Position numbers and translations under genes: made by a program
The notes under the pieces: model-generated
What the model was told of the DNA's origin: nothing
What the model saw: only the letters and a program-made list of their open reading frames with translations
Databases searched by the model: none
Assembly: GCA_965178125.1 (NCBI GenBank)
Contig: OZ237736.1
Location: 62,001 to 126,000 of the forward strand
Length of the DNA: 64,000 nt
DNA from: Bilabrum cf. latius
Taxonomy: Eukaryota
Reading direction: 5' to 3'
Part shown: positions 36,857-48,933 of the stretch, in pieces
Layout of the letters: the number at the start of each line of letters is the position of its first letter
Position numbering within the stretch: position 1 is the stretch's first letter

Positions 36857-37396
36857 CCCCCCCGCTACGGTAATAAATAAATTTATTCCCTTCGGTTAAG
36901 GATGATTAACATCATCAATAGTTCCAGTCCATCAGAGCTAAAGCTCTTCAGTCCGTTCCACTCCTTTTGGAGCTAGTCGCTCCAAAAGTCAAGGTGGTCC
37001 TCTTCATACTGCTACTTCATATAACTGCTTTATCCTTCTAATTATATAAAATCAATTTAATATAAAACTCTATACGATGACCATATCCACAAATTGCGTA
37101 TTAGTATATGTATTATTTAGCAAAACGTGGATGTAGCCCTCTTGTGAAGGTGTTATGGGACTCTAGCCATTTTCTAGCCAAAAGTTCCATCACTTTATGG
37201 GACTCCATTATTCAACCTTCTAAACTACCTTCATTATACCCCCTTATCCTCGCTTATACCTTCACAAATGGAACACACGCGCTACAGCAACTTGCTACAC
37301 TCGTCATCGCAATACCACAAGCGCCACAGTTCAATACACCCCGGAACGATGACGCTGTAGGCCAGCTGATCACTTCACCAGCCTAAAACAATAGAT

Positions 37397-38090
37397 ATGG
37401 ACCGCAAGATTGAGGTAAGAATCCACAGGATAGATAATCAACATATGGAAATTGCTTTGCTGACCGTATCTGTATCTATCGCACCGGTTTTGCTCGCCAA
37501 CGCAGCTCTTCAAGCCCGACCAACGCAAGAAAACGGGAACGGAAGCGCTACTCACCTTCCAGGACACCGTACAAACCGAGAAGAACCCCAAGAAGCTTTT
37601 GAAAGCGCATTCAAGGCTACTAGGGGACATGCACCTCGTTGAGCAAACCGGGAAGTCGCTGGAGAAGGCAATTCGGGAGGCGGTCGGAGCATTGGAACCG
37701 ACAGGCGTCAACTCAAAGGCTCTACTCGCTGTTATCGCTTCAATATTCCCCAAGGGGAGTCTTGACGATACCGATGCTGACTTTGACCGGATTAATGGCG
37801 TGCTGAAGATTCTACATCACGGCAGAGATTACGCGGAGACGAGGCAGACACAGGCGTTCTTGGCACAGAAAATGGCTATCCTCAAGCCATTTCTTCCAGC
37901 ATATGACATCCCATCGCTCGTTGGTGATGTTTTGGAGAAGAACCAGAAGAGGAAGCGCCGCCAAGACTTCAACAAGTAGCTTCTTCTGGAATCTGGCATC
38001 GCCGCACCAGCCAAGCGGTTTCGCGGCAATGAGAATCTCATCCAGGACTATCCCCGGACGGCGGGTTCTTAGCCCAAGATGGAGAAGTGA
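37397..38090 (+). CDS. Hypothetical protein, probably spliced (exons 37397-37414 and 37506-38090)
   Basis: GAG|GTAAGA...GCTGAC...CGCAG|CTC; removing 91 bp joins MDRKIE in frame to the otherwise 5'-open ORF; basic KRKRR patch. Confidence 0.6.
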
Positions 38091-38273
38091 GAAGGTTGAA
38101 CAACCTTTTTTATTATAAATTGTCGTGTTTGTTATTGGTAGGGACACGGCTATATTGGAGTGGCCACGCTGTCGTGTGTAGCAGGGTACGAACCGTGCTT
38201 CCAGCATTGACACGGGTGGAATCCCGCATTGAAGAGCATTTCAATGTTTCATTTGTGGTCTCAGTCAATCCAA

Positions 38274-38741
38274 TCAATCCACACGCATCACCACGTATCC
38301 ATTTTGCTCGCTCGTGCTCCCGTCGTAGCTGTTTAGAAAATGTCCCAGCCCGTCCTCATCTTTACAGGCCTGAATGAGGTCGTCCCAGCGCCCCTAAGCC
38401 ACTATAAATGACTTAAGAAGGGCGCTTAAAGCCTCGCTGTGGTTCGCGTCAGCGGTAGCGGTGCTTATGATATCGGCATCGCAAGGCAGGAAGCGCGAGA
38501 GGAACGCAGGAACGAAGGAAGCAAGCGTCTCTGTAGCGTGGTCGTCCAAACGTTTGTCTGCTTCTTCTTCGGTGATAATCTCATAGGTCTGGATTTCCTC
38601 GCCTAGCTTCACCGTGGCAGTCTCGCCGTCAAAAGATTGAAGAACCCTGTCCCACTCCTCGCCCACTGCTCCAATGTCTTCAATACCAGCAATAAGCGCC
38701 TTCATTACTTCATCATTAACATCTGTAGAAACCCCGGCCAT
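38274..38741 (-). CDS. Hypothetical acidic protein, 155 aa (phage-like YEIITEEEAD...DGLGHFLNSYDG motif)
   Basis: ATG 38741, one TAG, TGA at 38274; GC-richer than rest of B. Confidence 0.7.
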
Positions 38742-39053
38742 TGTTTTATGTGTTTTATGTGTGGTCCAGATAAATTTTGGCGTAGCACAGGTTCCGAAGA
38801 TGAAGATGAGAAGGTGGTAGACGATAGCCGATTCCAGTGGTAGCAGTGAGAAGTTCCAGCACGAGGAAGTGATGAAAATGTAGGGCAGGAGGGTATAAAC
38901 TGACGGATGGAACCGCAAAGGAAGGAGAATTGGATTGAATAATTGAAGCCAGACCCATAACCCTAGCCTATAGGCTAGGGATAACCCCCACATAACCCCC
39001 CCACCTCTAAGCGTTTTTTTAAAACTCAAAAATTATAACTTAGTATTATAGAT

Positions 39054-39824
39054 ATGAACTTTAATAATTATGTCATTGAAAATCCTGTCCTAATGAAGCA
39101 GATTTATAAGGCTACAGACCATATTACAGATAGTACGCAAAAAATTTTAGAGACCATTACTACGTATGTAGATTTAGGTGGTAAGTTTTCAAAACCAAAA
39201 TTAATTAATAAAAATATAGTTAGTGATATTAAAGAGAAAAAAGCCGTCAAAAAACCCAAGAAAGAAGAGAAACAGAAGATACAACACGATAATAACGACC
39301 AAGTTGAAATTAAGCAAACATACATTCTAGATAAATTTAATGACTACAAACCACCAAATAATAAAATTTATAATGATGTAGATGATTTACAACCGCCAGA
39401 ATTAATTAGATAGACCGCAATAGATGAAAAATTAACCGGTATGGAGCCTGACAGTGAAAGCGAAATAAACAGCGTTAGTACCGAACAAGACTAGATAGAA
39501 GCAGAAACTGATGACGAAATGATACCTGAGGAAGACAAAAAAATAATTGGAGACCTGGAAAGGCTAGAAGACGGAGACTATAGGTATAAAGTGTCCGTAA
39601 ATGGAAATGATGTATTCTTTGGTGAAATTAATTTACCCGATGTAGAGGCTCTTAAGAAATAGTTTAGCCCTCGTAAATTACAAATTATGATTTGTAAAAT
39701 TAAAAGAAATTTTAATATTAATAATAGCGATGATATAAACAGCCCTGAGTTTTGGAATAGCCGGGTATATTTGACCCTTGATGTGAAGGCCGAACACGAA
39801 AAACTACAAGATATCTATAATTAA
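39054..39824 (+). CDS. Hypothetical protein, homolog of 33527-34192
   Basis: Track ORF extended through TAG to TAA 39822-39824. Confidence 0.65.
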
Positions 39825-40187
39825 AAGCCCCTACAACTTAATAAACGGGCTAGAATTTAATAAAATATTTTAATATAACCGCTATATTAAAATCTATACG
39901 ATGGCTATATCCACAAATTGCGTATAATTATATAGTATTTCTAGCAAAATGTGGATGTAGGGCCTCTTGTGAAGGTGGTATGGGACCTTAAGATAATTTT
40001 AAAAAATAGTTCCATCACTTTAGAAGGTGTTAAAATACACCATTCATATCACAATCTATTTTTTAGGGCTAAATGGCAAAAATCACCTTTCACCTTCATT
40101 AATTATTATAGCCCCTTTAAGCCCTCTATAATTAAATATGGCGTTTAAAATAGTTTAAAAATATATTTCTAATAATATATATAGAAA

Positions 40188-42965
40188 ATGAATAATAAAA
40201 ACCTCGTAAGTTTCCCCATCAAGCACAATCAAAAAATACCCGATGTTAAAAGCTGGCGTTATCTCACCAAACCCGAGCCTAAACGATTCAATAATCAGAA
40301 TATGGCTATTATCACCGGAGAAATTAATAATATAACCGTGTTTGATATTGATTCATATAAATGGAGCGATAAGAAGGAGCATTTATTCATCAAGAAATTT
40401 TCAGATGACTTTGTGAAGCGGTTCAACACATTCACGGTTAAAACAGCGGGTGGAGGGTATCATTTATATTTTAAATATGATTAGAATATATTAACTACCA
40501 CCAATAGAGATATTGACGTTGATATTCGTAATGATGGGGCTTATGTAGTGGCACCACCAAGTGGCATAAATGGGTCAAAATACGAAGTTATTAATAATGT
40601 AGAAATAAAAAAATGTCCTAAGGAGCTTTATAAATTTTATGAAAAGTATATTATTAAATCCTCTAAGAAATCCAACGTAAAAGGGGCGAGTAAAAGGATA
40701 TCAAAAATTGATAATCAAGATGTGAATAACTGTATGATGAAATTCATTCTAAATGGTAAAGACTGGTCAATTATATTAAATAGATTAGATAAGAAATATT
40801 TAAATAATTATAGTGATTGGTATAAAGCAACCCTAGCGAGTAAATATTTAGGATTTAAGAAGGAATGGTAGGAGTGGAGCAAGAAGGGCAATAAATACGA
40901 CTACCACAAAAATAACAAGGTGTGGAACTCTATCCATTATTTTGATAAGTTAAAAACCTTTAATTTAGTTAATTCAATAATTTAGAATGATAAAAGTTTA
41001 AAGGCATTTGTGAAGGATAAGTATATTTCAAAGTGTTATTATCGTCCTTATGACGAGAATATTAACGGGTATACAGAAATTAATAAACCTAAGTTAGATG
41101 ATATAGAGAAGCCCGAACGCTTTTTTAAATATGAATATAACTATGTGGTAAAAAGTGATACAGGAACAGGTAAAACAACAGCATTTAAGAAGTATATTAA
41201 ACAGGTTCAAACGCCGTTCTTATCCATTGTGTCCCGTGTATGTTTAGGCACAGAGCAATACGAGAGCTTTTTAAATGAAGATATTAAATGTGAGTTCTAC
41301 CAGAATAAAGATTTTGATTTTGGATAGTCTCTTATTATTACGCCGGAAAGTATCCCCCAAATTGTGAATTATGATTTTTCTAAATACATCGTATTCTTGG
41401 ATGAATTCAATAGCATTATAGAGCATATATTAAGTTCTACCACGATGAATAATAATAGGGTTCTTGTATTATTTATTATTTTAAAAATGATAAGGACGTG
41501 TAAATAGTTTATTGCTGTAGATGCTGACATATCCCAGATAGCGATGAAATTTTTAAAATGTGCTGGAGTAGAATTTAGCTTCATTAAGAATAAATATAAG
41601 CATTTTAAGGACGTAAAAGTATATTTTGAAAAAGACCAATAGAAATTTTACGATAAATTAAAAAGTGAAGATAAATTTATACTGGCGTGTGATAGCAAGA
41701 AGAACGCAGATACATTTTATAAAATGTTATGTAAAGATGGTATAGAGGACGTTAAATTAATTACTAGTGATTTATTACCTGATGAAGATGTGAGCTTAGA
41801 TAAATATGATAAAATTATATTTAGTCCTAAAGTCATTTACGGATTAGATAGTGTAATGGAACGCCCAGTGTATGGATTATATAAAGGAAAAACGATTCTA
41901 CCGCCGTAGATGATGTAGCAACTGGCAAGATGTAGAAATCCCGAATATATGAATATATATTTTGAAGATGTAAAATCCATTTATCCAAGATATGAGAATT
42001 TAAAGGAGGTATAGACGACCTTAAATATGGAAATTAACGCATAGACAGATTTATATACTAAATTAGAAAAATACGAAAAAAGGATAATGTAGGAGAATGA
42101 TATTGACATTGATATTTTTGAGGGAGAAGATGATGAAGAGATAGCCCATAAAGCAATGATAGAGGCATCATACAAGGTTTATTTACCACTCAAGAAATTA
42201 TATAATTTCAAATGTGATACATACGAAACAAATAAATATATTCATTTATAGCTTATTCTTAAAAACAGGGGTGCCGATGTATAGGTGGATAAGGAATTAC
42301 CACAACGAATGAATAAATAGCAGATGAAAGAGGCGACAATGGAGATACTACAAGAAAAGATTGATTCATTTGATGTAGAGAACGACCATATAAAAAGAAG
42401 AATTGAAATTTTAGGGCTACCAGAGACAGCCATAACGGAGGATATTAAAATGTTATTAATTGATAATTACAAATTAATGAATTATTTTAATTATGCTAAT
42501 TTCAAGAGAAAAGATAAATATAAACTAATGACAGAATTAAAGGATAGAAAGGATTTTAAGGATGAGAAAGCAAAAAGTACAAAGAATAAAATAATCATAT
42601 TGTAGGAGATGTTATAGACGCTTAAATTGAATAAATTTGATTTAAGTTATACACGTAAAAATGAGAAATCCATTAAATATATAGAAATGGGTAAAAGATA
42701 TGTAGAAGTAAGCGGGGCGAGATTATAGAAGCCAATAGAAACCGATAGTGAATTACACGGGGCAATCGTAAAATTATATAAGTAGTTATTTGGAAATATC
42801 AAAACCTCCTGGAGTATGGGGAATAAAAAGGATAAAAAGGATAGAGAATTAAGAATTAAATTCACCAAGGAGAAAGAATTATTTGATGAAGTTTATAAAT
42901 ATTAGTATCCCGAAATGAAGGACGTATACAAGGAATCCAACGAACGATTAGATTAGAATATTTAA
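40188..42965 (+). CDS. PrimPol fused to origin-binding-protein-like SF2 helicase, ~925 aa
   Basis: Five track ORFs in one frame. TVFDID, GGGYHLYF, KSDTGTGKTT, FLDEFNS, FSPKVIYGLD, QLARCRNP. Confidence 0.88.
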
Positions 42966-43023
42966 TACCTTTTTTATGTGTTTAAAATAACTTAAACATT
43001 ATATATTTATATAATATATAGTG

Positions 43024-43326
43024 ATGAGCGATATTTAGAGTTCAAGCAATACATAGGAACAACCAAAAATTAATTATATGTAGGAATATTACAAAACAAA
43101 CAAAGACAAATGGAATAAAAAATATTTAGCTAGAGGAAATGAAAAAGTTAAATGCGATGTGTGTGATTGTTATTATAGAAGGAAGGACAGAACGAGACAC
43201 GAACGAACGAAGAAACACCAAAAAAATCTCAAAGAACCAAAAAAGGATATACTAGAGGAATATATCAAAAAACTTAATCAAACCCTGCTTAATAGCGGGA
43301 TTAAACCACCGGAGATATCAATTTAA
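43024..43326 (+). CDS. C2H2-type zinc-finger protein
   Basis: KVKCDVCDC...RHERTKKH; three TAG; TAA stop. Confidence 0.7.
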
Positions 43327-43366
43327 ATTTATCTATTTATTTATTTTTTATAAATAAAAAGATTTT

Positions 43367-43888
43367 TCAACCTTTAATAACCATCCAATTAGCGGACCAA
43401 TCATTAGAGGAATTACCACCCGTTAAATGAATCGTAAATCCATCGGTTCCTGCTACTACGTGGGAAAATTCAACCGGCTCACTGGCGGGGGTGATTGTAG
43501 TAATAAAAACCAAATCACTAGAAGTCATACCCGGAACACTAGCGAATTCAGTAGCACCTCCACCACTCCAATTTACCCTTCCTTTATGCGCTACGGTGTT
43601 ATTTGCTACTACTTCACCTTTTACGGTTAAATCACATTCGTGACCGTCTTCATCAAAACTCATAACTAAACCAGCAGATGCGGTATTGGCACCGAATCGT
43701 AAAGCTTCACCCGAAGTGATGTAAGAGATACCCTTACTGTCAAGATGTAATCCTGCGTTGCTAACAACTACATCACTACTATTCACAACAGCATTTACAT
43801 ATAGACCACTACTATCTAATCTACCAGTTGCGACATTCTTACATTGAATAGATATATCATTAGGTTGCGATAATCTTGCTAAGCTCAT
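43367..43888 (-). CDS. Putative fibre-like virion protein
   Basis: Intact 173-aa beta-rich ORF; MSLARLSQPN N-terminus similar to 31032. Confidence 0.55.
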   Translation of the reverse strand: MSLARLSQPNDISIQCKNVATGRLDSSGLYVNAVVNSSDVVVSNAGLHLDSKGISYITSGEALRFGANTASAGLVMSFDEDGHECDLTVKGEVVANNTVAHKGRVNWSGGGATEFASVPGMTSSDLVFITTITPASEPVEFSHVVAGTDGFTIHLTGGNSSNDWSANWMVIKG

Positions 43889-43941
43889 TTTTTGTATATA
43901 TAAATAAGAGAAAAACTAAAACTTATATCAAACCTATAATA

Positions 43942-44649
43942 TTAAACTTTCATTAATTTTTTAGCTCTATCTACGGCGTCCATAAAGCTATCTTTTAATG
44001 TTGGTTCATTCCATAATACAAACCTAGACCAAAAAGCGGGGGATTTATAGTCTTTAAAGTCTTCATTTATTGAATGTCTTTTAATATAATTTTTCTTTTT
44101 ACGGTTTGCTTCCTTCTCTCCATCTTTATTATAATATTGTATAAAGTCCATATAAGGGGTACCATCATTCTTAATTCCACCAAAATGAACAGTAAACAGA
44201 ATATTATTACCTTGAACTACTTTAATCATATATTTTTTATTTGATTTAGTTGATTTATATAAATTAAAAACTGGTTTAGGTCTAAATGATTTCACGTGTC
44301 CGTTATTAAATTTTTCCTTCATTGCTTCCTCTATTTCTTCCGTGTCTAATTCTCCAAAGGTTAAAGGGGTCTCTTTATTTATTCTTTTAGTGGGTCTATA
44401 TATATCTCCTTTTTCCTAATATCCCTTTTCTCCCTTCTAATTCTTCCAATCCTCTAATTTCCACCTTCTTAAATTTTTCTATGCTTCATTTAATTTAATT
44501 TTATCATATGTCCCCCCTAGTTTTTTATAACGAGCAAAATATGCTAATGAACGATAAGCTGAAGGCTTTTTATACGTTCTATTTACTTTCTCAACTGCCT
44601 GACGCCATAATTTAGGACTATTAACATAATTAGGTATATTATCATTCAT
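43942..44649 (-). CDS. Conserved large-DNA-virus-type hypothetical protein, apparent two-domain fusion, 235 aa
   Basis: PSAYRS..GGTY..LRRW..YRPTKRI..TPLT domain followed by KKYM..VHFG..YIKRH..FWSRFVLW domain. Confidence 0.65.
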
Positions 44650-44843
44650 CTATATAATTAATAAAATGATAATTTTTTAATTGCGTGAGCCGTTTTCTTT
44701 CTATATTCTTCATAGAGTCTTTTATTATTTGGATTCTTCATTAATTTATTTTTTACCTTCTTTAATGCCTTCTTAATAGCATACTAAACAAAGATATTAC
44801 TAATAATATTAATCATATATTATATAATTAATAAATATTTAAT

Positions 44844-46343
44844 TCAAAGCATTAAACCGCCTTTTTTTCCTTTCCTTGATATAATTTCTTCTTTTTCATT
44901 TACGACCATTAAATCATTCTATCCGTGGATAATTAATTTCTATCCTTCTTCATTAATCTATTCTTTTTTATATTCACCTAATTCTTTACCTACTTTAAAA
45001 TTTAATCTTTTGTTAAATGTGATACTGTCGGTGTGAATTCGTATAATATGTTTAGCGTTGTTCTTATTCACTTTCTTCATCAATCGTTGTCTTCCATATG
45101 CCAGAATAAAAGGTTTCAATTTTCCCCAGCTATATTTAAAGGGTACTTTATGTTTCAAATGATAAATAAATTCTCCGTCATTATCCATTTCTACACGGTC
45201 AATATCAAATTTATCTATATTTATTTTTTTATCGTCTTTTGATGTAATTGTCTTTTTAGAGGAACTACATAATTTACCCCATAATGAATTTAATATTTCT
45301 TTTGCTAGATATGATTTGCTTTTTAATTTGTAGAACATTGAGACATAGGATTTAAAAAGTGTTTCACTTTTGATATATTTATCATAGGTCATAAAATTAA
45401 ATTCGTCGCTTGACATCTCTATCTCACAACCATATTTAACAAACATATTCATATCTGTAAAGACATAATAAGTAAATTCATTTTCAAATACCTTCATCAT
45501 TTGAAAGATATTCGGGTCGCATTTTCCACGGCTTACCTTACATTTATAAATCCCTATTTCGTTTTTATTATTTATATATTTATTATCAATTGTTTTATAA
45601 ATAGGATTTCCATATGGTAGTAGTGAATTAGATGACATAATGGCGGGGTAATGACTATTTATATCGTAGGTGATAAACTCCTCATATTGTCCCTTCTTGT
45701 GATATTGAATCCCGCCACGCGTTGAACCTTCAATAAATACCGCTTCCTCTGGGGTTATATCTGGTGGGCTATCTATCATCATATTAAACATTGTAAAGAA
45801 ATGAAGGGCTGTTTGTCTGATTCCATATTTCATTACATCTAATGATGGGTTCTCGTCGTGTAATTCATCACTTGCTATACTCAGCCTTAAGCTCCATTCT
45901 TTGATATCTTCATCCTCTGGGCATTCGTGAATGGTGTAATGAAGATAATATTTCTTTGAATGATAATCGGTCAGGCTCTCAACTCTATATTTATCTTTTT
46001 CAATTATTTCGGCTTTATCGGTTAATTTAACAACCATAGATTTATGGCACCGCACAAATAAAGGTTTCATCCTCTAGACGGCTTTAAATGAACCATCTTT
46101 ATATTCTAAACAAACCCTTTTAAAACTCTCTTTTTTCCTACTTAGATAATAGACCTTTATATCGTCTTTCTCTCTAATCTCTATATCCATTTTTAGACCT
46201 GAAACAAGTTTATAAAGGTTCTTTGTAGTTATGGGCTTACCGTTAAATACCTTTTCTAGATACTTCACGGATTGAATGGGGTTATCATACTTTTTACCAA
46301 AGCATATATTTAATTGATTTAACACATTTTCGTAATTTATCAT
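44844..46343 (-). CDS. polB: Family B DNA polymerase (protein-primed-like), short, 499 aa
   Basis: RGG, motif A YDINSHYP, motif B KEILNSLWGKL, motif C IRIHTDSI. Confidence 0.88.
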
Positions 46344-46421
46344 TTCCTATAGTATATTATATTTAATATATTTTTAAGCCATTTTAAACACATATTATAA
46401 AGTTTAAATTATAAAATGTAA

Positions 46422-46766
46422 TTATTGTTTCGGAGCAGTGAGGATTAATATAAATCTCTTCACTTGCTCATCGCTTAAGAAGGTATAACGAGAAGAAGGA
46501 CTGAATAACATTACATCATCCTTTAATTTAAATGGTGAACCAGTTCGCCAGCCTATGGGGTAGAGAGAGCTAACATACGCATCATAATTCTTTAAATGGG
46601 GCTTTTGTTTTAATAACCTCTAGATATATTTTTTTAATAAAGTCTTCATTTCTAAATCATTATATCCATTATCATTTTCACGAAGAGGGAACACAAAATT
46701 ATATACGGGCTTATTGTTTTTAACAAGTTGAGTTCTAACGATTTGAATATCACTTAATTTAACCAT
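46422..46766 (-). CDS. Hypothetical protein
   Basis: MVKLSDIQ...TAPKQ-TAA, one TAG; absent from the track. Confidence 0.6.
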
Positions 46767-46860
46767 TTTTATATATATAACCTATAGATATTTTATTTTT
46801 AAGCCAAATAGACGCGTTTAAAATGACTTAAAGATTTTATTTTATTATAATATATATAGA

Positions 46861-47406
46861 ATGTCAAAATTTTAGAGTTATGAACCAAGCGAATTAATGG
46901 AACTTTTAGAAGAGGGAGCCATAAAGAAAGCCAAGAAATATATTAATCAATTCTTCTTTAAAACTTTTAAAGGGATATTTTTTAATAATACCGTAGAAGA
47001 TAAATTTGAACTGGTGGATGAAGACGAATTGAATGGTTTGTATCTAACCCCTGATATGAAGACCGACAGCGCCAAAAATCCATTTGTTCCATACATTTAT
47101 ATGTTTTCCAGTGAGCCCCCGATTTATTATACAGGAGATTTTGAGAGTAAAGACCCCATAATGACAATTAAAAAGAAGGACAAACCCATCAAATATATTA
47201 ATTTGTCATACGGTCAATTTATACCCGATGAAGTAGAGGAACCAGAAGAAGAAGAAGAACCAATAAGACCCAAGAAAAAGACTAAGAAGAGGAACAAGAA
47301 GAAACAAAAACGTGATAATAATAGAAATGTTGAGAAACCAGATGATGAAGATGATGATGAAGAAGCCTTTAGAGAGCAACTTCAAGAAGCATTAAAAGAT
47401 TTCTAA
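46861..47406 (+). CDS. Hypothetical protein with charged tail
   Basis: ATG 46861 after TATATATAG, one TAG, TAA stop. Confidence 0.65.
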
Positions 47407-47728
47407 ATAATTTAATATTTATACTAATATTAAATATGATATCTTTATTAATAGTTGAACACCTTGACCATCTAATAAAAGGGCTAGAATATTAAAATAT
47501 ATATGGTTATCTCTATAATAAAATCCATACGATGGCTATATCCACAAATTGCGTATTAGTATATGTATTATTTAGCAAAACGTGGATGGATTAGTTTTAT
47601 GAAGATGATTTGATTGATATCGTATTTCTAGCCCAAAAGTTCCATCACTTTAGAAGGTTGTAATATAGCCCCTTCTAACTCCCATCATCAATATGTTAAA
47701 TATTAATTTTATCATTAATATCTAATTA

Positions 47729-48280
47729 TTATTTACCAATATGACATTTATAACAAATTGAATATTTCATATCTTTAATTCTAGACACTCCGCATTTTTT
47801 ACACGCCTTTTTTCCATATTTTGTAATCGTATAACAAGACTTACAGGTTGTCCTCCAATCACCTCTAAGCATTTTACAAAGACACACATCACATCTTTTT
47901 TCATTCCTCTTTTTTTCCTCTAACTTTTTCTATTTCTTTTCTAACTCAATATGTCTTATTCCTTCACAGTGCTTATTATATCGGTCTCTTGCGACATCTT
48001 TTTTACATATTCCACACCACTAATATAAACATTTTTTACGAATTTGATTTTCTTTATCCTTTATCATCTACTTTATACAACTAGAACCCACTTTAAAAAC
48101 ATATCCACTAGGGGTATGCTCTATTTCGTGCTCGGTTCGTATCTCGTGCCCACAAATACAATTACCCAATTTATCACCTTGAATAACGGTTGAGCCAATA
48201 TGAATTAATTTCTTCTAAATGTCCATCCACTTTATATTACCGGTATGTTCCTATATTTGTTCAATACACTTTTTACACAT
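47729..48280 (-). CDS. Multi-CxxC zinc-finger protein, 183 aa
   Basis: CICGH...GSSC, CGIC...H...H and several further CxxC; open only with TAG=Gln. Confidence 0.72.
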
Positions 48281-48431
48281 TCTCTATATAATATCTATAT
48301 AATATAATCTTTAAGTCATTTTAAACGCGTTATATTATAAATTAGGGGCTTAAAAATAGACACTATAGATATAAGTGATTATAATAATTAATATTATTAA
48401 AATATTAATTAATTAGACCGGTTAAATAGTT

Positions 48432-48544
48432 CTTTGGAAAGTATGAACCTACTTTGAAAAGTATGAACCAACTTCGGAAAGTATGAACCTACTTTGAAAA
48501 GTGTGAACCAACTTCGAAAAGTATGAACCTACTTTGGAAAGTAT
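48432..48544 (+). repeat. 20-bp tandem repeat, ~5.6 copies
   Basis: CTT(T/C)G(G/A)AAAGTATGAACC(T/A)A units in an AT-rich intergenic gap. Confidence 0.92.
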
Positions 48545-48933
48545 CATTCACAGGTCATATATTTATTTAATATGTATAAATAAATAATAAAATGATTATC
48601 TTGCCTTATATAATTGAATGGGTTTCTTTTCTAATAGACAAACAGCCAAATAATGAAGTACAATGTCATCATCTCTATACTTATTCCTCGTCTATATAAT
48701 ACATTTATAGGTTGAATATTTGAGATATAATAGCTTCTCTCTACTGTCTTTTTTTAATTGATTGGTGATTTCTTTTACCTAATCACTGTTTGTAAAAATT
48801 ACGGTCAAAACTCCATCAATTTCTGTCTGGATATAGACATCGTGTGTAGGCGGTAGATTCTCAATAATTTTATTTAACTTTTCCATTTGATATATATTAG
48901 TTAGTTAATATATATTTAAGTCATTTTAAACGT

